Shown one piece after another: positions 9,556-18,021 of a DNA stretch of 64,000 nucleotides. The position numbers and the translations under genes are program-made. Source of the stretch: Promethearchaeota archaeon (GTDB lineage: Archaea > Asgardarchaeota > Lokiarchaeia > Sigyniarchaeales > SOKP01). The stretch covers positions 30,009-94,008 of the forward strand of contig JBHLNS010000008.1 in the NCBI GenBank assembly GCA_048941285.1, read 5' to 3'. The notes beneath the pieces are model-generated. The model had not been told where the DNA came from, ran no database searches, and was given only the letters and a program-made list of their open reading frames with translations. Positions within the stretch are counted from its first letter, which is position 1. Each line of letters begins with the position of its first letter.

Positions 9556-9699
9556 TTAGTTAGATTTACAATTTTCACATTCAATTTCATCAAAATCCTC
9601 CCAATCATCTCTATAAATCTTAATTTTGCCTGTATCACGACAATGCACGCATTTGTATTCTGAACTTATGAATGTTTCTTTTTCAACTAATTTAGTCAT
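9556..9699 (-). CDS. Small zinc-ribbon protein (47 aa), not in the supplied ORF track
   Basis: My own translation: MTKLVEKETFISSEYKCVHCRDTGKIKIYRDDWEDFDEIECENCKSN. It has a CxxC-x21-CxxC ribbon whose first knuckle is CxxCxxxG-like. It lies co-directionally downstream of the DnaJ-type zinc-finger protein. Confidence 0.45.
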   Translation of the reverse strand: MTKLVEKETFISSEYKCVHCRDTGKIKIYRDDWEDFDEIECENCKSN

Positions 9700-9874
9700 A
9701 ATGCTAAATTTATTTCTATTTATTTAAATAAAAAATTCTCAATAAAAAATGGCAATTCCACTTATTTATAAGTTTGGGTTAAGAAATTTATTCAATTAAG
9801 ATATCATAACAAAATTTAGGATAAAAATGAAAATGTCTTGATTAATTAATTCTATTAATTATAGAAAAGAAGAA

Positions 9875-10834
9875 TTAGAAGTTGGAATATACCATAAATT
9901 TATCTCCGGAGCCTAAACTGTAAAGTTCGAATTTACCTCCTCGTTTGGTTTCACAAAACATTTGGATCAAAGGGAATAGGTAAATTTGTGTAGTTACTTG
10001 TGAATCTTTATCTTTAGTATATGTTCTGTAGTCGCTGTTTGCAGCATTTATAGTCTTTTTAATATTTTTATTCCAGTATCCTAATGAGGGTTCTGCTTTT
10101 GATTCTAATTCTTTAAAATCACTAAATTTTATACCTTCCACTTCTTCAATCATCTTGTGGAGATCTTCCCCTATTTCTTTCTCATATTTCGTTTGTGCAC
10201 TTGAATGAAGTATAGGGACACCGGTAACGACAGTTTGAAAAGGTACAGGTAGTTCCTCATATTTATAAAGGTTTTTATGGCCTCCACATTCTTTACACTG
10301 CTCGGTTCTGTTTCCAGTACCATAACAAGCCCCACAAGGGTAAGAAAACACTTTTTTCTCTTTTTTTTGTTCTTGGCCAACTAATACTGTAAGATTTTCT
10401 TCAATTTTACCAGTTCCTTTACAAGTTTTGCATTTCTCTTCAATATATCCTTTGCCTCTACAGTTTTTACAAACTACAGCTTGTAGTGATTCAAACTGAG
10501 GTAATATCTCATCTCCTTTCCATTCATCCTTATTTATTTTTCCAGTACCTTTAAATGAATAGAATTGTACTCTTCCTACCCTAGGAGCAGTTATAGTATT
10601 TTCCTCTTTTCCCTTTGGTACTGGACCAAGTGACTTTTTTACTGCAAAATAAATTGCTGCTTCCTTATTAGTATCTTTTACGTATTCAGCAGCACTTATA
10701 GCATCTAACGAAAAAACTGCTCCTTTTGTTCCAAATTGTTTTTCCATCTTTTTCCTATCTGTCCTAGCCGCTTTTTGTTTCCATTTCTCAAAAATATCAT
10801 CTAAATTAGGTGTTTTTATTCTCACATCAGGCAT
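9875..10834 (-). CDS. Protein with DnaJ-type cysteine-rich (CxxCxGxG) zinc-finger module, no J domain
   Basis: 319 aa. Four knuckles: CKNCRGKG, CKTCKGTG, CGACYGTG, CKECGGH (aa 122-186). The flanking N- and C-terminal domains are unrecognised. Confidence 0.6.
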   Translation of the reverse strand: MPDVRIKTPNLDDIFEKWKQKAARTDRKKMEKQFGTKGAVFSLDAISAAEYVKDTNKEAAIYFAVKKSLGPVPKGKEENTITAPRVGRVQFYSFKGTGKINKDEWKGDEILPQFESLQAVVCKNCRGKGYIEEKCKTCKGTGKIEENLTVLVGQEQKKEKKVFSYPCGACYGTGNRTEQCKECGGHKNLYKYEELPVPFQTVVTGVPILHSSAQTKYEKEIGEDLHKMIEEVEGIKFSDFKELESKAEPSLGYWNKNIKKTINAANSDYRTYTKDKDSQVTTQIYLFPLIQMFCETKRGGKFELYSLGSGDKFMVYSNF

Positions 10835-10982
10835 GATTTCTCATTTTTTTTTTTTTAAAATATTGCGTTAACTTTATTTAATTGATTTAGAATTATAAAA
10901 ATATAAAATAGAATAATTTATAATCTTTATATAGAAGATAAATAAAATATAAAACAAATTTAAGAGAAAAGTCGATAATAAA

Positions 10983-11144
10983 ATGTCTGCTGAAGAACGT
11001 CAATCAGTTGAATACTTCTTACAATGGATACAACAGGGCGGATTGGGCCAATGGTTGGAGCATTTCTTAAATCAGGGCGATGAAACAAAACTTAGACAGA
11101 TAAAAGAAGTTTATGACAAAATAAAACATGTTTTTGGTTTTTAA
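10983..11144 (+). CDS. Possible small helical protein (53 aa), not in the supplied ORF track
   Basis: My own translation: MSAEERQSVEYFLQWIQQGGLGQWLEHFLNQGDETKLRQIKEVYDKIKHVFGF. It is locally more GC-rich than the surrounding intergenic DNA. No homology recognised. Confidence 0.35.
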   Translation: MSAEERQSVEYFLQWIQQGGLGQWLEHFLNQGDETKLRQIKEVYDKIKHVFGF

Positions 11145-11272
11145 TTTTTAATTTATTTTTATTCTCTAATTTTTATATACTATTTGGGCCTTCTTATTTG
11201 AAAATTAGAAAATTTGATTTGGTCTTTTTAATTTTATTTTATTAGTAGATAATTGCTAAAATGGTTTCGTAA

Positions 11273-13939
11273 TTGAGTGTTAACTTAAGGAATTTCTTTA
11301 TAGTATTTGATAGAAATCGTGAACATAAGAAAGATCTGTTATTTAATGTTAATTTCTTTTATTTAAAATCATTTAAGAAAAAGAAATTTGCATTTTCTTA
11401 CATAAAAGAACCATTTTTCAAGGGAACGGTAATTTTTGGGCCAGATTTTAAAAATAGAATACGTCCTCTAAATTTTAGTAAAATTGAGAAAGAAGGAAGT
11501 TCACAACCAATTAACCCGAGATTACTTAAAAAGTTCATTTTATCAGACAAAAATAAATTTATTGCTTTTTCGAGTCAAACTTCTTCTCAAGATGTTTCAC
11601 CTATCAAAGAAATGCTACAGAATTTTCAATATGATACAGATAAGATTATTAATTTAACCTTATGTAATTCATGTATGGAAAAGAACACCTTTACATTATT
11701 AAATGAAAATCTTCAAATTAAATCCTACAAAGATCAAATTATTTGTTCTGATTGTGCTTATGAGACTGTTTTAAATAGAATCAAGCTAGCAGGGCTTATT
11801 TCTCAAGAGAAAGTCAGTCCTAAATTAAAGAACTTTTTAATGCACTTAATACTCAAATTTAGGGATATTAGGAAGGTATTGGAAGCATTTAAAGCAGATT
11901 TCAATCCCGTTCGATCTCCTGAGATAACTCTTTATGATATTGAAAAAACTCCTCTAATAAGTAAAAAATTTCTTAATCAAGCAATAGAAGGTCTAGATAT
12001 TCCTTTATCTTTTAAAGATATATTGAAAGGATTAAAACTAATTAATTTACTGCCAATCCAAGCAATTTCTATCGAACAAGGCTTATTAACAAGACGAAAC
12101 AATCAATTAATTATGGCTCCTACCAGTGGAGGTAAAACATTAATAGGAGAATTAGCTGGAATTTCAAGGGTTTTAAATGAAAAAACCAAAAAGATGTTAT
12201 ATTTAGTACCAATTGTTGCTTTAGCTAATATTAGAACTGAAGAGTTTAAAGAAAAATATAAATCAATTAAACTGAAAGTTATCAAAAGAGTTGGAGAATC
12301 ATTATTTGAGAAAAAAGAAGATGATGACATTAAAGATTTAGCGAATTCACATATTATTATTGCAACATATGAAGCAATTGATTACATATTAAGAAGTGGG
12401 AATAAAGATCTATTAGGAAAAATTGGCACAATCGTAATTGATGAAATTCAAACATTAATTGATCCAGATAGAGGATTTATATTAGATGGTTTAATCGCTA
12501 GGTTAAAAACTCAATACCAATCTCAATTTCTATATTTAAGCGCAACATTAGGAGAACCAGAGTTTTTGGCGAAAAAATTGAATTGTGATCTAATAAAATA
12601 TAATGATCGTCCTGTTCCAGTTGAGCGTCATTTATTACTTTGTTTGAATGAAGCCCAGAAACTAAAATTTATCTCATTATTAATGAAAAGTTCTTATTCA
12701 AAGAAATCTAAATACGGGTTCAAAGGTCAATCAATAGTTTTTACAAATACTCGAAAAAAGTGTGAATCGATAACATCCTATTTGCAATTAAAAAGCCTTA
12801 ATGTGGCAGCTTATCATTCAGGTTTAACAAATGATGAAAGAAAAATTATTGAAGATGAATTTCAATCGCAGAAGTTGGCAGGAGTAGTAGCTACCGCAGC
12901 ATTAGCAGCAGGGGTTGATCTTCCAGCTAGGCAAGTAATATTTGAATCTTTAGCAATGGGGATAAATTGGTTAACAGTTGCAGAATTTGAACAGATGCTT
13001 GGACGAAGTGGTAGATTAAAAAAACATGAAAAGGGTTTAGCTTATATCTTAGTAGAACCTGGAAAGATATATTCACCTAAAATGAAAAATACTGAAGAAA
13101 ATATAGCTATAAAATTATTAAATGGAAGAATCAAAGATTATGAGCTAATACCTAATGAGGATAGATCTCAGACTGAAATTTTAGCATATATTTCTATGTA
13201 TAATGAGTGGATTCCAAAAAAAATGGTATTTAATTTTTATAATCATCTAATAAATGAACATTTTAATTTAGAGGAAGTTTTAAAGAAATTAATATCTCTT
13301 AATTTAGTTCGAATAAAGGAAGATCTGACAGTTAAAACAACGCGATTAGGAAGAGCAATTGCTAATTCATTTTTAAGTGTTGATGATAGTCTTATAATCA
13401 TTGAGAAATTACAAAGTAAATCAAAAACTCCTTTAGATATTGCTTTAGATATAGAATCTTTAAGAAATGTATACATATCAAAAAATATTGTTGCGGATTT
13501 ATCAAAAAATGTAAATATGAAATATTTTTCAAATAATCTCTTTAGTGCTAGTGTTTTATCTCTAATGAATGCGGAATATGTAAAAAAGAGAAAATCATTT
13601 TCCCGTGATTTTATTGATTTTATAATGAAATTAACTAATGATATATTCAATTGCAATTGTAAAGATAATCCATATTGCGATTGTGGGCGTTTAAATTTAG
13701 AAAAGCTAATCCTTGACTTAAGGATCACCCATAACATGACTATTGAAGAGATTTCTAATTATTTATTAGAAGAATATAAAATCATGGTTTTTAAAGGGGA
13801 TCTTATTGATTATTTAGAGAGTTTAATCTATAGTTTGGAAAGCATTAAAAACATCGCAGAAGGTATATCTAATTTAGATGAAGATTTCAATAACGAAATT
13901 AAAGAAATTCCTAACTTGATTGAGAGCATTAAATATTAA
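11273..13939 (+). CDS. Archaeal superfamily-2 DEAD/DEAH-box helicase with N-terminal zinc-ribbon region
   Basis: Motif I MAPTSGGKT, motif II VIDEIQ, motif III LSATL, AAGVDLPARQVIF, motif VI QMLGRSGR. N-terminal CNSC...CSDC and a C-terminal Cys cluster CNCKDNPYCDCG. The predicted start is TTG and there is no ATG in the first ~110 codons, so the start is uncertain. Confidence 0.8.
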   Translation: MSVNLRNFFIVFDRNREHKKDLLFNVNFFYLKSFKKKKFAFSYIKEPFFKGTVIFGPDFKNRIRPLNFSKIEKEGSSQPINPRLLKKFILSDKNKFIAFSSQTSSQDVSPIKEMLQNFQYDTDKIINLTLCNSCMEKNTFTLLNENLQIKSYKDQIICSDCAYETVLNRIKLAGLISQEKVSPKLKNFLMHLILKFRDIRKVLEAFKADFNPVRSPEITLYDIEKTPLISKKFLNQAIEGLDIPLSFKDILKGLKLINLLPIQAISIEQGLLTRRNNQLIMAPTSGGKTLIGELAGISRVLNEKTKKMLYLVPIVALANIRTEEFKEKYKSIKLKVIKRVGESLFEKKEDDDIKDLANSHIIIATYEAIDYILRSGNKDLLGKIGTIVIDEIQTLIDPDRGFILDGLIARLKTQYQSQFLYLSATLGEPEFLAKKLNCDLIKYNDRPVPVERHLLLCLNEAQKLKFISLLMKSSYSKKSKYGFKGQSIVFTNTRKKCESITSYLQLKSLNVAAYHSGLTNDERKIIEDEFQSQKLAGVVATAALAAGVDLPARQVIFESLAMGINWLTVAEFEQMLGRSGRLKKHEKGLAYILVEPGKIYSPKMKNTEENIAIKLLNGRIKDYELIPNEDRSQTEILAYISMYNEWIPKKMVFNFYNHLINEHFNLEEVLKKLISLNLVRIKEDLTVKTTRLGRAIANSFLSVDDSLIIIEKLQSKSKTPLDIALDIESLRNVYISKNIVADLSKNVNMKYFSNNLFSASVLSLMNAEYVKKRKSFSRDFIDFIMKLTNDIFNCNCKDNPYCDCGRLNLEKLILDLRITHNMTIEEISNYLLEEYKIMVFKGDLIDYLESLIYSLESIKNIAEGISNLDEDFNNEIKEIPNLIESIKY

Positions 13940-15129
13940 GTTATATGTATTTCTACAATATCATAATCTTTTAGTGCATAATCTAATCCAACTTTTTTGC
14001 GTTTTTGCCTTACTCCTTCACGTATTACAATTGCATGTTCAAAGTTCTCAAAGAAGCTTCTATGAATCTTTTCAGCAACTTCTTTTACGGTTACACCCTG
14101 TTCCATTAGGAGAGGTTGATCAGCCACTCTTCCACTGCTCATAGTAAATATTCTAATTTTTTTTAGAAATTTTATGATTATCTCACCAAAATCTTTTGGG
14201 AAATTCTCTTTTTCAAAGCTTGTACCAAGAATTATTGGAAATCTATTTGAATATGTTGTTTTTAACATCTCAAAAGTCTCTTGAGTGTGTGGAAGATCTC
14301 CTTTAGTTCCTAATATAATTACTTTTTTATAAACAATAGAAGGAGTAAGAACATCAATAAGATTATTTATATTAATTTTTCCATATATTTTTACAATTCC
14401 ATTACGAATTCCATTTTCTTTCACAATTTCTTTTATATCTTCTGTTAGCTTATCCAATTCCTCAATTTGTTTTGCTTCCTTAGTCATATATAAAACCTGA
14501 ATTTTATTTGCTCCAGTTTTTTCAATAGAAAGAGGGGGAGGGGGTATATTAATTCGAATGTCAGCTCTAGTTAACTCATTTAATAATAAATCCATCTGTT
14601 CTTTAACATTTCGAGATAAGTCTATACAAAAGCATAGTAGATCTGCTGCTCTAAGTTGTGAAAGAATTTCTTTTCCATTACCAATTCCTTCAGAAGCTCC
14701 TTCCATAATTGAGGGCATATCAACAATTTGAAATCTAATTTTTTGATATTTATAAATTCCAATTTCTGGGAGAGGGGTAAACCTACCAATTTTTTCGTTT
14801 GCAGCACCTGTTAAATAATTCAAAAGAGTAGTTTTCCCTACTCCTGGAGTATAATAACTGCTAACTAATATTATTTGAAGTCCTTCCTTTTTTATTGAAA
14901 AAGGACTAACAATCTTCTGGGTACTTTTCTGCTTTATTCTACGTTCCTCTACTTCACGTTTCATCTTTGCTAAACGGGATTTATTTAGAGCAACGATTTT
15001 TTCAGTAGCTTTATGCTTAGGTACTAGAGACAGAAATTCTTCTAATTTCTTGATTTTTTCTTCTGTTGAATTAGCATCAAGATATTCTTGATATTTTGTT
15101 TTTGCAGCAGTTGGTAAATTTGAGCTCAA
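13936..15129 (-). CDS. DRG/Rbg-family (Obg-like) GTPase with C-terminal TGS domain
   Basis: P-loop YTPGVGKTTLLNYLTG, DMPSIMEGASEGIGNGKEIL (DRG-type switch II), IRINIPPPPLSIEKTG, GTKGDL (G4), and a C-terminal TGS-like segment VGLDYALKDYDIVEIHI. TTG start. Confidence 0.8.
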   Translation of the reverse strand: MSSNLPTAAKTKYQEYLDANSTEEKIKKLEEFLSLVPKHKATEKIVALNKSRLAKMKREVEERRIKQKSTQKIVSPFSIKKEGLQIILVSSYYTPGVGKTTLLNYLTGAANEKIGRFTPLPEIGIYKYQKIRFQIVDMPSIMEGASEGIGNGKEILSQLRAADLLCFCIDLSRNVKEQMDLLLNELTRADIRINIPPPPLSIEKTGANKIQVLYMTKEAKQIEELDKLTEDIKEIVKENGIRNGIVKIYGKININNLIDVLTPSIVYKKVIILGTKGDLPHTQETFEMLKTTYSNRFPIILGTSFEKENFPKDFGEIIIKFLKKIRIFTMSSGRVADQPLLMEQGVTVKEVAEKIHRSFFENFEHAIVIREGVRQKRKKVGLDYALKDYDIVEIHIT

Positions 15130-15151
15130 GACAAAACACTTAGCTATTAAG

Positions 15152-15607
15152 TTAAAATAAAGAACGAAATCTATCTTCTGTTTTTAATTTTAAATCTCCT
15201 AATACTTCATTTATTCGGGTTTCAAATTCTTTGAAATATTTAGGTTTTTTTGAGAATATATCATTAAGAGGATAGCGATTCAGGAAATAGGTAATGATTT
15301 GATTTAACTGGCGTTTAACAACTGACGAATCTGTGGCTTTTTCTATAATAGCATATGACAATAAAGGTTGTTTATTATTTTCATCTTCGGTAGGTAAATT
15401 AACCATCTCACAGTAACATACTAATTTAAAGGACGCAAGGGAGATTACGTTTATATCATCACCGAAAACTTCACTAGTAAAACTTTCTAGTGCTGTTAAA
15501 AATCCTGCACGCAAGTTTGGGTCTAAGACATCATCTGAGGAAGAGTAATATTTGATTTCAACTAAGTTTCTCATGCCTAAATTTATTCCTACTTCAAGAA
15601 CAGCCAT
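15152..15607 (-). CDS. Stand-alone longin-like domain protein
   Basis: 151 aa. The predicted order is beta-beta-alpha-beta-beta-beta-alpha, with the motif DPNLRAGFLTALESFTSEVFG. The same motif recurs in ORFs 34334-35638 and 56743-61422. It sits 22 nt upstream of the DRG GTPase on the same strand. Confidence 0.55.
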   Translation of the reverse strand: MAVLEVGINLGMRNLVEIKYYSSSDDVLDPNLRAGFLTALESFTSEVFGDDINVISLASFKLVCYCEMVNLPTEDENNKQPLLSYAIIEKATDSSVVKRQLNQIITYFLNRYPLNDIFSKKPKYFKEFETRINEVLGDLKLKTEDRFRSLF

Positions 15608-15802
15608 TTTAAAAAAGAATGTCTATATTCTAAAATGTAATTTATTATAATTTTTTATTTCTATTTTTTTTTAAAAACTTTATTTAATATAATTTTAATT
15701 ATTTTTAAAAGGATAAAAGAGCTCATTGAAAATTTTTTTTTGGATTATCCTATTATAACTGATAAATAATGTTGTGATTTAAATGATTAGCTTATAGAAA
15801 AA

Positions 15803-16666
15803 TCAAATAGACTCCATCTGTTTTTTATAAAGAAAAAACGTGTTCTCACAAAGCATCGCAACGGTCATAGGACCTATACCTCCTGGAACAGGTGTAATTT
15901 TTCCGCACTTTTCAAAAACATCTTCAAAATCGATATCACCATATAATTTACCTGCAACTCTATTGATACTGACATCAACAAGAATGGCTCCATCTTTAAT
16001 TTTTTCTTTAGTTATGAAATTTGGTTTTCCAACGGCGACTATTAATATATCTGCTTTTTGGATATAATTGTTGATATTCTTCGTGGAAGTGTGACATATT
16101 GTAACGGTGGCATTTCTTTTCAACAACATAAAAATTAAAGGTTTGCCAACTAAATTTGAACGATTAATAATGACTACATCTTTACCTTTCAACTCTATAT
16201 TATTATTTTCTAATAATGAAATGATACCTTTTGGTGTGCAAGGTGCATGTTCTTCATTATAATCAAATAGTTTTCCTCTTGTAATAGGATTTAAACCATC
16301 TGCATCTTTTATTGGCAAGATTTTCTCTAAAAATTCAGGTGTATAATCTTTTAGATGTTCTGGAAGAGGTATTTGCAATAAAATTCCGTGAATATTTGTA
16401 TTTTTATTAAGCTTATCAATATCTTCTAAAAGTTCCTCCTTTGAAATTTGCTCATCTAACTCAATAATCATGGAATCAATGCCTACACTTTCACATGTTC
16501 TTTTTTTAATGTTAACATAGACTTTAGATGCAGGATCTTTCCCTACAATTATAGTAGCTAGTTTTGGTCTAATACCGGTTTTTTCAACTGCCTTTTTAAT
16601 TTGTTTTTTTAATTCTAAATTTAATTGTTCTGCTAATTTCGTTCCATCCAATATTTTATTATTCAT
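15803..16666 (-). CDS. folD: Bifunctional methylenetetrahydrofolate dehydrogenase / methenyl-THF cyclohydrolase
   Basis: GKDPASKVYVNIKKRTCESVGI, INRSNLVGKPL, and PVPGGIGPMTVAMLCENT at the C-terminus. Confidence 0.9.
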   Translation of the reverse strand: MNNKILDGTKLAEQLNLELKKQIKKAVEKTGIRPKLATIIVGKDPASKVYVNIKKRTCESVGIDSMIIELDEQISKEELLEDIDKLNKNTNIHGILLQIPLPEHLKDYTPEFLEKILPIKDADGLNPITRGKLFDYNEEHAPCTPKGIISLLENNNIELKGKDVVIINRSNLVGKPLIFMLLKRNATVTICHTSTKNINNYIQKADILIVAVGKPNFITKEKIKDGAILVDVSINRVAGKLYGDIDFEDVFEKCGKITPVPGGIGPMTVAMLCENTFFLYKKQMESI

Positions 16667-16754
16667 AGTATTTCTTGTTTATAATAAAATTCGAAAGTAA
16701 AAAAGGAATAATATTAATATCAAAATATAGTGTTTATTTAAAAAAATATAATAC

Positions 16755-17864
16755 TTAAATTCTTCTTCTTCTCCAAAGAAAAATAGCTATAGCGATAATT
16801 AATCCAATTGAACCTAAAACAATTCCTAAAATAAGGAAATTAAACTCAACCGTCCAGATCTCGTAAAGTAAACTAGATAATAAATTTAGTATTTCTAAAG
16901 TTTTAAAAGCATAAAAACAAGAGACAACAGAAGAGATTTTTGGTTGAAATTCTCCAGTATTCTCGAAAAATCCGCCATCCTCGAAATTTTGGTGTTTTAA
17001 TACCCATAATTGTATTTCACGATTATTTAAAATATTATTATCAATTATTGAAATTGCTTTTACACAATAATATGTACTACTTAATAATGCATTTCCAGCT
17101 AATTCATTAGGAAGAAATCCTCCATAATTGTGTAAATCGGCAGAATTATTAACATAAAAAGACTTTAGATATGCTAATGTGCTATCAATATTAATTAAAT
17201 CATGAATATCTCCAAACCTTTCATCATCTAGAATAAATACTGCAAAACTTGTATCAAGATATGTAGATAATGAGGTTTCATTCCCTCCATATCCACCATC
17301 AGGATTATTGCATGAAAGAACCCAATTTTTATGAATTGATACATTTAAAATAGGTTGTTCTATTAGCGCGTAAATTTGTATGGCATAAAACGTTGAACTT
17401 ATGGTTGGTAAACCAGTTGTGTTTGAAAAAGAAAAACCCCCACTTATTTGAGCAATATTATTTAGATAGTTATAAATTCTATTTGATAGACTTGAGTCAA
17501 TGGTGTACTCTAATAGATTTAGTGAATTTAATAGATAATATAAGTTATATATATTTATTCGAGTACTATCAAACATGTCTTCAATTTTTCCTTCTAAATG
17601 AGTCTCTAAAGTGTCATCACTTTTGGGATTTCTTCCCAAATTATTTAATAAATACAAAGCATAAGCTGTTGCTTCAAAAGAAACTAAATCACCACTAGGA
17701 TCATCCATAATGGCATTGGAAAAGCCTCTTCCTTCAATTTCAGTATCTAATATAAAATCTGCTAAATATGATTGGCGTGTTTTTCCTAATACGTTCGGAA
17801 TTGTATTTACTGTGAAAAATAATATGAGCGTAATTATGATAAAATTCCGATATTTATATTTCAA
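16755..17864 (-). CDS. Membrane-anchored extracytoplasmic prenyltransferase/squalene-oxidase-repeat (alpha-alpha toroid) protein
   Basis: N-terminal signal-like helix IIITLILFFTVNTIP. Repeated glycine motifs ISGGFSFS, PDGGYGGN, NYGGFLPN, EDGGFFEN. C-terminal TM helix followed by WRRRRI. Confidence 0.65.
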   Translation of the reverse strand: MKYKYRNFIIITLILFFTVNTIPNVLGKTRQSYLADFILDTEIEGRGFSNAIMDDPSGDLVSFEATAYALYLLNNLGRNPKSDDTLETHLEGKIEDMFDSTRINIYNLYYLLNSLNLLEYTIDSSLSNRIYNYLNNIAQISGGFSFSNTTGLPTISSTFYAIQIYALIEQPILNVSIHKNWVLSCNNPDGGYGGNETSLSTYLDTSFAVFILDDERFGDIHDLINIDSTLAYLKSFYVNNSADLHNYGGFLPNELAGNALLSSTYYCVKAISIIDNNILNNREIQLWVLKHQNFEDGGFFENTGEFQPKISSVVSCFYAFKTLEILNLLSSLLYEIWTVEFNFLILGIVLGSIGLIIAIAIFLWRRRRI

Positions 17865-18021
17865 TTAAAAGTACCTGATTCTGATTGATTAAAATTTAAT
17901 TTGTTAAATATATCTTGAAATTAAAAATTAACTATATGTTTAATGAACTTAAAGTGATATTTCAATTTTTTACTATTTATATAGAGTTATAAATTAAAAA
18001 ACTGATATTTTAAACATTTAG

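Noticed and set aside
13243-13737. 164-aa ORF antisense to the helicase gene
   Set aside because: It lies fully inside a gene with clear SF2 helicase motifs. Its composition (F/S/L/K-rich with no motifs) is what antisense frames of AT-rich coding DNA produce.
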